This document shows, piece after piece, positions 56,237 to 64,000 of a DNA stretch of 64,000 bases. The stretch is taken from assembly GCA_004764695.1 (NCBI GenBank), contig SMSO01000031.1, positions 1,402,436-1,466,435 of the forward strand. Direction: 5' to 3'. Each line of letters begins with the position of its first letter. Position 1 is the first letter of the stretch. The notes beneath the pieces were generated by a model. The model was not told the DNA's origin. It ran no database searches and saw only the letters and a program-made list of their open reading frames with translations. Position numbers and translations under genes: made by a program. The DNA comes from Schizochytrium sp. TIO01 (lineage: Eukaryota > Protista > Bigyra: Labyrinthulomycetes).

Positions 56237-57742
56237 TTACCGGATGCTCATGCGGGCGAGGCCACCGTGAGAGGCAGTGGCAGCTCCAGCGGCGCGCTTG
56301 TTGCGCTTGACCGGGTTAGCTGCCTCGAAGACCTTCCAGAATCGAAGGGTCTCGTCAGCAGCAGCGGAGCAGACAGTGGTTCCGTCCGGAGACATCGCCA
56401 AGTGGAGAACGCGAGCGGAGTGGCTGCGAAGATCCTTGACACGAGCCATGGAAGGGAACTTCCAGAGACTGAGCTGGTTCTCACTGAAGCCGTGAGAAGA
56501 CAGAAGCTCCTTCTCGTGCGGGTTCCAGAGGAGGGAGCACACCTGGGATCCAGTGTCGACGCTGTTGAGGCAGGCGCCATTGGCAGCGTTCCAGATCTTA
56601 ATCGTGCGATCGGCAGTACCACCTCCGCTGGCAAGGACATTGCGCTGGTGCGGGCACCAGGCAAGAGCCTTCACAGCAGCGAGGTGGTCAGCGATCTTAA
56701 GACGCGGGGTCTGCACGGTCTGCTGGGAGCGACCGTCGCCAGAGTAACGAGCGTCCCAGAGGCACAGCAGGTTGTCGTTGCCTCCGGAGGCCAAGGTCTG
56801 GCCATCCGGGGACCATGAAAGCCCACAGACCTCCTGCACGTGACCCTCAAGAACACCGACCTTGTGGCTGGCCACGCGAACGTCGTGGTGCACAATAGTC
56901 GAGTCGCGGCTGCCACTGGAAAGGATGTGCTGGTTCCACGAGAGCGAGGACACGCGAGAGCTGTGACCGTCCATGTTGCGGAGAAGCTTGCAGGTCTCCA
57001 CATCAAAGAGCTTGGTCTCGCTGAAGTTCGTGCCCACAGCCAAGTAGCCACCGCCCTCCTGAACAAACTTAACCGAGGTGATGTAGTCATCCTCGGCATC
57101 ACACTGGCAGAGCTCCTCAATGCCGCCGGTCTCGGCGTTCCACAAGTACACCGTCTGGCCAAGGGCCACGGCGAGCATGTTGGAGGCGCCCCAGTCGACA
57201 AGGTTGAGGTAGTAGTCGTCCAAGAGGTCGGGTGCGTCGAGGATACGCTCCGGTGCCGAAGGAATGTGACGAACGGGCTTCTGAGTGCGCGCCATCTTCT
57301 CCTTGTTCTGCGTGTACAAAACCTTGAGGGAGTTTTCATATCCCTCAGGCGGTGCCGGAGCCTTCTTCTTGAAGGCCAAAACACGGGACTCACCCGCACC
57401 CATGCTGGACGCCAAAGCCTTGTTGAATTCAGCACGAGTAGGGGACTCGCACTGGTTAGAGGCGGAGCTGCTGTTCTCCTTCATGAGGTTGAAGTGAGCG
57501 TTAGCAAGGTCCATGGCGCCACGGTTGGGGATGAATCGGTCGTGCTGGGGCGTAGACTTGCCCTTGCTCGGGGTCTTGCCGGTGCGGCTACGCTTGCGGC
57601 TAGACTTGGGAGTGCGAGCGGCCAAGGCCTTGCGCTGCCACCGAGGCTCAACAGAGCTGCTCACTTCTTCGCCAAAGTTGTTGAAGCATTCGTCCAACTC
57701 AATCTGCTCCTGCACGTAGTTGTGTGCTGTACCGTAGGTCAT
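56237..57742 (-). CDS. CDC20: APC/C activator Cdc20/Fizzy
   Basis: C-box DRFIPNR, KEN, RVLAF, PERILDAPDLLDDYYLNLVDW, seven WD40 repeats, AADETLRFW, C-terminal IR tail. Confidence 0.97.
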   Translation of the reverse strand: MTYGTAHNYVQEQIELDECFNNFGEEVSSSVEPRWQRKALAARTPKSSRKRSRTGKTPSKGKSTPQHDRFIPNRGAMDLANAHFNLMKENSSSASNQCESPTRAEFNKALASSMGAGESRVLAFKKKAPAPPEGYENSLKVLYTQNKEKMARTQKPVRHIPSAPERILDAPDLLDDYYLNLVDWGASNMLAVALGQTVYLWNAETGGIEELCQCDAEDDYITSVKFVQEGGGYLAVGTNFSETKLFDVETCKLLRNMDGHSSRVSSLSWNQHILSSGSRDSTIVHHDVRVASHKVGVLEGHVQEVCGLSWSPDGQTLASGGNDNLLCLWDARYSGDGRSQQTVQTPRLKIADHLAAVKALAWCPHQRNVLASGGGTADRTIKIWNAANGACLNSVDTGSQVCSLLWNPHEKELLSSHGFSENQLSLWKFPSMARVKDLRSHSARVLHLAMSPDGTTVCSAAADETLRFWKVFEAANPVKRNKRAAGAATASHGGLARMSIR

Positions 57743-58226
57743 TGTGATTATGTGTGCTGTGTGATTATGTGTTTACAAGAATGCAGAACGGGTCTGCAAG
57801 TTTGGGAGGTTTTTGTGTGGGTTAGCAAGTTGTTTGTGGACTGTGCTCACTCCCAATATATCAATTACAAGCCCAGTTAGTCGACCGTTCATCACACAGT
57901 TTATTTATTTCAAAAGGTCCCAGGATCTATCTCTCTTGGTACCAACGCGCTGCTGTACTATCTCGCTTAAAGATGTTTCGTCAAATCTAAAGGCACATTA
58001 CAAAACAAAGTCTCGTTGCGAGGCGCAAAGTTAAAGTTGAAGACGGCGAAGCAGATACCATAATCAATTCCAAAGACTTACGGTGCAAGTTGATTGCGGA
58101 GTGCGTGTGTTTTGTTGATTGCAGGATAGTTTGGGGTTTGCTTGCCCGCCCAGATTTATGCTTCTCGCCAACTCCGCCGTGCCCTCATTTCCCCACCTAA
58201 CTACCGCTTCTCGGAAGAAACCATGG

Positions 58227-58264
58227 CCGTTTCGGGGAGTTTGAAAATTCGAAAATTTTCAAAC
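58227..58264. promoter_or_regulatory. Candidate cell-cycle promoter module: CCGTT (MSA-like) + inverted TTTGAA/TTCGAA (CHR-like) palindrome
   Basis: GTTTGAAAATT-CGAA-AATTTTCAAAC (58239-58264, perfect 11-bp arms) about 500 bp upstream of the CDC20 ATG; CCGTT at 58227. Confidence 0.4.
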
Positions 58265-59504
58265 CCCCAAAATGCGTTCCGCAGACCCCCAGCTTGCCGT
58301 CCTTCCTCTACTAAATACATAGCAAACAGAGCTTAGGAGGGGGGGCATCCTGCTGAGGTCGAGGATGATTAGTGAAAAGTTCGTGTTTGAGGACTTCGAA
58401 GACAGCAACGCCAAGCGCCAAATCGAGGGAGAAGACCATGCATGCTTGGGGAGCCAGAGAGCGGATGGCTGCGAGGTGGTTTGTGCGTCCAGCGGAGAGC
58501 CTGCCTAGGCTCAAGCGTTGCTCGTGTGCGTCTTTTGGGAGTGCTGTTTCGAGATGGGGAAGTTTTCAAAGTTTCGCTGGGCAGTCTGGGAGTCGGCGAG
58601 GGTGGCGCGGATTGAACATATGTGTGTTTGTGTGTGTTGATGGATGAGGTCGATCGATGCCCAGATAGGCTCGCGTGAAGGACCTCAATTCAACAGAGCG
58701 AGTCATCCCACAAGCCCTGCACTCGGAGTGAACGGAGGACAGATCGACCACCCAGGTACTAGGCGGGACGTCTGGTTGTTGTCTCGGCATCCACCGAACC
58801 AGAGTAGAAAAGGAAAGACCTGTCTCTCATACCCCCCAAAACATGGCCTTCCAGGATGGCATATCATAGGAGCCAAGTTTCCTGCTCCTTCAAGACTTGA
58901 GGTGTTAATTGTTTATTCACTGCGAACTCAGCCAGCTAAACTAGCTAGCTTGCTTGCTTGCTTGGCACTTAGATGATCGTTGCATCATATAACAACAAGG
59001 GAGAGCCTAAGAGCGAGCGCCCAACAAGGGTATCATGACGTGAAACGATCACTGTGAGGCGAAGCTATTGCGAGCTAATTATGTATTTTGATTGATGGAC
59101 CGTGCTCTGTTCTATTATCTCACAGTCAGCTTCTAAAGCTCGAGAAGAGAAGAGTCGTTGAGTGGATTCGCTGGTAATGTGATCCAAAATGACGCTCATT
59201 ACTTTCACCTTTTGTCACCTGCATGGCCGAAATTCATACAAACTACTACTTTGTGCAATGAGTTTGTTATATTTTATTTAAAAAATACATAGAAAAGAAA
59301 AATGAAGAAAATATGTATGTATGAGAATTGTTAAAAGATAATCTATTGCAATGTGGAACACAGAAATGGCTGCTTGGTTCCACTTGGTCTCTTTCAAAGG
59401 TAGAGAGAGAAGTGAGTAAGAAAAAAGGAGGACATGGTACTAGGGTTGCCGCTACTCGAGCAGCAAAAGAGCACGTCTATTGCATTAAAACAAAGTCTTC
59501 ATGT

Positions 59505-61615
59505 TTAGGCCTTGGCATCCGAGGGGGAGGCAGCAGACTCAGCAGCAGGAGCATCCTCAGTCTTGATAGCAGAATCTGAAGCAGGAGCAGTCTCCTTGGG
59601 CGCTTCGTTGGAGTCCACTTCCATGACAGCCTCGTCAATTTCAAGTAGACCACCGCATTCAGTGCCCTTTTTGTAAGGCTTTCTGGATCCGGTCTCCGCT
59701 TCGTCCGCAGCTCCATCGCCTGAGGATTTTTCAGACTTTACCTTTGAGTCGGCACCACCATCAGCCGGATTGGGACGGTCCGAGTCTTGGTGTTTCTCGT
59801 CTTCGTAATATTCGGCCTCGTGCTGAGGACGTTGAATGTAATCCTTTTCATCAGGGTCAGCGTTGTCAAGAGCAATACGAGCACGCTCATCTGGGTTTGC
59901 AAAGTCGTTAGGGCGATCTTGGAACTGTACACTGGGCACCGCTTCAAGCTTCGAAAGGTTCTCGAGAATAATGTTGGTGTACTTGTCCATGTAGGTGCGT
60001 GAATTGGCGTTCTTCATCTGCGGGTCAGGAGTAATGTGAAGAAGATGGTTAGGGCCAAAGTAGTTGTGGTAGTTGTTCCATGGAATATCATTCTGCATAT
60101 CCTCATGCTTGCCGAGTGCAATGCCGGTTTCGTAAGCCCAGCAGCGAGCCACGTTACGCGGGGTGTAACCTCCACCACCAAGAAGCACAACAGGTACGCC
60201 AAAGGATTTCACGTACTGTACAGCGTAGCCATGGCCTCGCAATGACATGTTCCAGCACCCAAGGCGATCACCAGAGATGGAATCAGCACCACAGCACATC
60301 ACCACAGCACCGGGCTGAAAGTGCTTCATGATGCCATCAAGAACAGGCTTGAAGATGCTCTCAAAGCTGGCATCGTCAAGACCGTCCTTGAGCGGAAAGT
60401 TTACGGCGTAGTTCTTACCAGCGCGAGCGCCGGTATCTGTGTAGGCACCACTACCGGGAAAGAAGTCACCATACTTGTGAAAAGAGCAGGTCATCACACG
60501 ATTGGTTGTGTAAAACGCTTCCTCAACTCCGTCACCATGGTGAATGTCGATATCCACATAGAGTACACGAGGGTGATACTTGAGGAGCTCAACAATACAG
60601 AGAACAATATCGTTGATGTAGCAAAAACCAGAAGCTTCACCCTTCTTTGCGTGGTGAAGACCACCAGACCAGTTGACACAAACATCGGCCTGTCCGTGGT
60701 TGATCTTAATTGCGGCATCCAACGATGCGCCGGAGCAGCTAGACATAAAATTGTATAAGCCGTCAAAAATAGGGCAATCAGAATAGGGACCAACGTTGAA
60801 ACGGGTCATTTGCTTCTCGAACTCTTGCTCGGTGTCGGGAGAAATGCGCTTTAGAAAGTCAACATATTCGTGCGAGTGGAAACGCTCCATGTCTTCCGCA
60901 GTCGCGTCGTGCGGGCGCAGAACTTCCATGTGTCGGAAGAGTCCGTATGTAAGAAGCAGGTTGTGAGTCAGTTTCAGGCGGTGAGGCTTCATCGGATGGG
61001 ACGGGCTGTAAATAATGAAAAAAAGTGAGCAAAGACAAACCAAGATCCAAAACAAACCGAGGTGAGTTTTCAAGAGGAAGGTTTCATCACATGAATGTTT
61101 CTAGTTAGTTTTCTGCACATCCTTATGCATCTTATATCCTTTGCCTTGTTTCTTTACTTTCATATCATCTTGTGCAATCACAAATAGCATGAGAGATGGT
61201 AGGCTGGAACCTGCGAAAATTTGACATAAAGACTAGATTATAAAAGATTCCCATGCAAGCCTCCTTATCCTGGGTCGAAAGACAGATTTATTTGTCTCCT
61301 TAAACCGGATGGTGGTAGTTGGGTAGAATATATTCACTATCTCGTTTTTGTTTAAAAGCAATGTTCCGCCAAACAGAACGATCGTTGAACAATGCCACTC
61401 AAGACATGTACATCCTGCAGATCGAGTGTGCGCAGGAAGCAAATACCTTCTAACTACCGTGAATAAACGGTGGCGATACAGTTGCTTTTTTTTATTATCG
61501 CCAATTTTCCCATACTAACTTACCCATAGTAGTAGCTGCCAATCTCAGGTTTGTAAAAGTACGCCACGCGTGACTTGCGCTGCTCCGAAGTAGATTGCGA
61601 GGAAGAGGCCGACAT
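59505..61615 (-). CDS. HDAC1: Class I histone deacetylase (HDAC1/Rpd3), two exons (61615-61524, 61005-59505)
   Basis: Exon 1 [31 protein letters not shown]; GTAAGT donor at 61523 and CAG acceptor at 61006 give [12 protein letters not shown]; catalytic motifs [39 protein letters not shown]. Confidence 0.96.
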
Positions 61616-62616
61616 TTTGGATCTTCACTTTCTCTACTGAGCTTGCAAAGTCTGTATATTTATTTCTATTTGCTAATAATTAGCAAATAATATGTATGAA
61701 ATATCTCGGTTGAACACAGAATCGCCAATCCGCCCGCCACGCGAGTGCCTCAAGGTCGCCGCGGCCTCTATTTGGAGAGGGTCGCCGCACCTGCTGGCTT
61801 CCCGCCTCCCACACGGAGATAGAGCTCAGAGCCCGGCCGCGAGCAGCCGCAGCGGAGATCGCAGTTGGGCACCTTGAAAAGCTCCGGTGAAGAGCAATTC
61901 AATGATTGAATGTCCAAAGGAACGAATGAAATCACATCAACAAAGGATTTTTATTTTATTGCTAAAACTGCAGCAAATAACCCCCCTGCATTCCTCAATT
62001 GATTTTTGATTAGTTTTTCCCCTCTGAAAGGAACCGTTCCAAACATGTCTATGTTCTTTCAATAGAAAACTCCATTGTTGGAACTGGAGATGCTTGGCAT
62101 GATCAAATACGAGAATAGTGAGGGACCTCATATCTGGACAGAGCGTCTCAACGGAGACAACGCTGCGTAGATTCGTCGTTCTACACCCATTCACATGCGG
62201 TCTTCTCTCCAGCGAGGCTCCACTCAGATATACGAAGACTTTGCATGGCTTCGTGATTGCAGTTTCGCCCAAACTCACACGGAGTGCCGAAGAATTCTTT
62301 CTTCTCGATGTAGTCTATATTTGTTACTTATTTATAACATTGTCCCCACATCTAGGTTTTTAATATGACGTATATTGTTATAAAATGTTTACAATATGAC
62401 ACCGCGGGGCAACTCTGGTTTAAGGTAGGTGACCTAGCTTAAGGGGCAAAGGCGCGGGTGGCCAGGATGACTTGAGCACCAGACTTGCATTTGGAGACGT
62501 CTTGGCGCGAGATCCTGCGGCGACGTTGTGCCGCAAGCTCGCGATCGAGGGTTGACTCTTGCAGCTTAGACTTTGGGCGGCTGCCGCAACCTGTTTCGGC
62601 GGTCCTGTAGGCCAGG

Positions 62617-64000
62617 ATGGCGGACTACGCGTCGGATTCGAGCTCTGACGCAGACCTGAACGAGTTCCTAGGCCTTCCACAGGACTTTGAGCTCCCTGAC
62701 GGTCCTGATGATGAGATCGACGAGGCTGACGATGGTGATCTTAACGGCGCTGGTGTCTTCAACTCCAAAAAGGGCTCTGGAGTTGCGAAACCTCTTTACT
62801 CGCTGCGACTTGTCGAGCGTCTCGCTCTCGAGAGCAATGCCGAGGGTCTCGAAGATGTTCTTGTGGCTGCATCGGCTGCTGCAGATGACCGCGAGGAGCT
62901 CCGTGACGAGCCTGAAGTGAAAGAGCTCCAACTTGAGGTCCTTCGCATGGCGTGCGCTCTTGCCCAAGGCGATTTCTTCGAGGTCCTCGCCTCTCCTGCG
63001 GCGCAAGGCCTCTTTGCCGCAGAAGATCTTAAGAAGGGATACTCTGTAAGTCGCGTTAAAAACCGTGAAGGTCGTTTTCTTCATGAGCGTGTTGTTGAGC
63101 ACATCGAGACTGGTATTGGCCCCTGCACAGGTCGCAGCTCCTTCAAGGACCCGAGTGTCTCGAGTCCTGAGGACCACGTAAACCAACGTGCTCTGCGAGC
63201 TATGGCCTGCATGTTCGCAGGTGTTGCTTGTCTTCACATCTTCGTCCAGGCCAACTGGACAGGTCCTCCTGTCTCTAGCCATGGTATTGACAAGTTCTAC
63301 CCCCTCCCTTTTGTTCGCGGCGTCTACGACAACCCCAATGCCCCCAAGAATTCTGTAGATACTAGCTCCAAGTCTGCCTCTGAGCCGGGTCTCAGGTATG
63401 TGGAGACTGCTCTCTCCGCTCTCGCCTCCGATGCTAAGGCTGCTGCCGCTGTGTCTGGCAAGGATGCCAGCTTCCACGAGTCACAGTTGGACGCGTATCC
63501 GGAGCTCCACGCAAGAACAGCTCTTATGCTTGGCGCGAACGGTGAGGAGGTTTACCGTGATGCCAAGTACCTTCACTTCTTGCTTGTTGCTCGCGTCATT
63601 CTTCGCGTCGTCGCTAATCCGACAGTAACCCCTGGTGCTGTGGACCCAACTGATATGCTCGCTGAGGCTCGCCTTGTGGACGAGAACGGGGCTGTCATTG
63701 GCGCTGATGAAGATGAAGAAGATGGCGAGGACGATCTTCCCGGAAAGACCAACGGCGGCATGAGCGCTAACCCTCATGAGCAGATCTCCAACACAGTCCG
63801 CGGAGCTCTTCGGCATTTGCTGACACCTAGCTGGTGGGCAGCACGATCTGCTGTTGTTCACCAGGAGACCCTTGAAGCCAAGGAGGCAGCGGCTCCTAGC
63901 CTCGAGCAGGAGGCAGAGAGAGGATTTGCTCGCACGGTCCGAGCAGTGCAGATCATGTACCCAGATGATAAACTTCTGGAGTCCCTCGTGTGGGTTGAAT
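62617..64000 (+). CDS. TTC27: TTC27/Emw1-like TPR protein, 5' part (runs off the window end)
   Basis: Open frame from ATG 62617 to the window end (absent from the track because it has no stop): MADYASDSSSD...GVACLHIFVQANWTGPP...NGEEVY...WWAARSAVVHQ; FVQANWTGP is the motif I recall for TTC27/Emw1. Confidence 0.82.
   Translation, partial: MADYASDSSSDADLNEFLGLPQDFELPDGPDDEIDEADDGDLNGAGVFNSKKGSGVAKPLYSLRLVERLALESNAEGLEDVLVAASAAADDREELRDEPEVKELQLEVLRMACALAQGDFFEVLASPAAQGLFAAEDLKKGYSVSRVKNREGRFLHERVVEHIETGIGPCTGRSSFKDPSVSSPEDHVNQRALRAMACMFAGVACLHIFVQANWTGPPVSSHGIDKFYPLPFVRGVYDNPNAPKNSVDTSSKSASEPGLRYVETALSALASDAKAAAAVSGKDASFHESQLDAYPELHARTALMLGANGEEVYRDAKYLHFLLVARVILRVVANPTVTPGAVDPTDMLAEARLVDENGAVIGADEDEEDGEDDLPGKTNGGMSANPHEQISNTVRGALRHLLTPSWWAARSAVVHQETLEAKEAAAPSLEQEAERGFARTVRAVQIMYPDDKLLESLVWVE

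Noticed and set aside
56084-57880. Long plus-strand ORFs (244 aa, 346 aa) opposite CDC20; similar ones opposite hisIE, DBP5 and TTC27
   Set aside because: Antisense shadows of codon-biased genes.
61006-61073. ORF-track N-terminus [12 protein letters not shown]... of HDAC read as a signal peptide
   Set aside because: It is intron sequence; the real first exon is 61524-61615.

Overview
Eukaryotic, intron-poor, microsatellite-rich genomic DNA. Gene content (flagellar genes, no sign of a plastid, SOS1-type antiporter) and architecture fit a thraustochytrid/labyrinthulomycete stramenopile (Aurantiochytrium/Schizochytrium-like); this taxonomic call is inference. About 15 protein genes are supported: a Q-rich Myb-like factor, a sterol glucosyltransferase, a frameshift-broken EF-hand/WD40 (WDR49-like) gene, mitochondrial uL24, SOS1, a two-exon glyoxalase/VOC protein, an RSPH10B-like MORN protein, IFT144, HisA-like+HisIE, a transporter-pyruvyltransferase fusion, an orphan zinc-finger protein, DBP5, an RCC1-like protein, CDC20, two-exon HDAC1/RPD3 and a 5' part of TTC27. 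The best candidate for a new system is the single ORF at 42844-45201, which fuses a triose-phosphate/PEP-translocator (TPT/SLC35E) domain to a polysaccharide pyruvyltransferase (Pvg1/EpsO type), i.e. a putative one-protein PEP-import plus glycan-pyruvylation module. It borders a 6.5-kb decay zone that hides a frameshifted pseudogene of a bacterial-type secreted protein not visible in the ORF track. Also notable are a near-perfect RFX X-box palindrome between two divergent ciliary genes and CHR/MSA-like motifs upstream of CDC20. All family calls come from motif recognition by eye; no searches were run.
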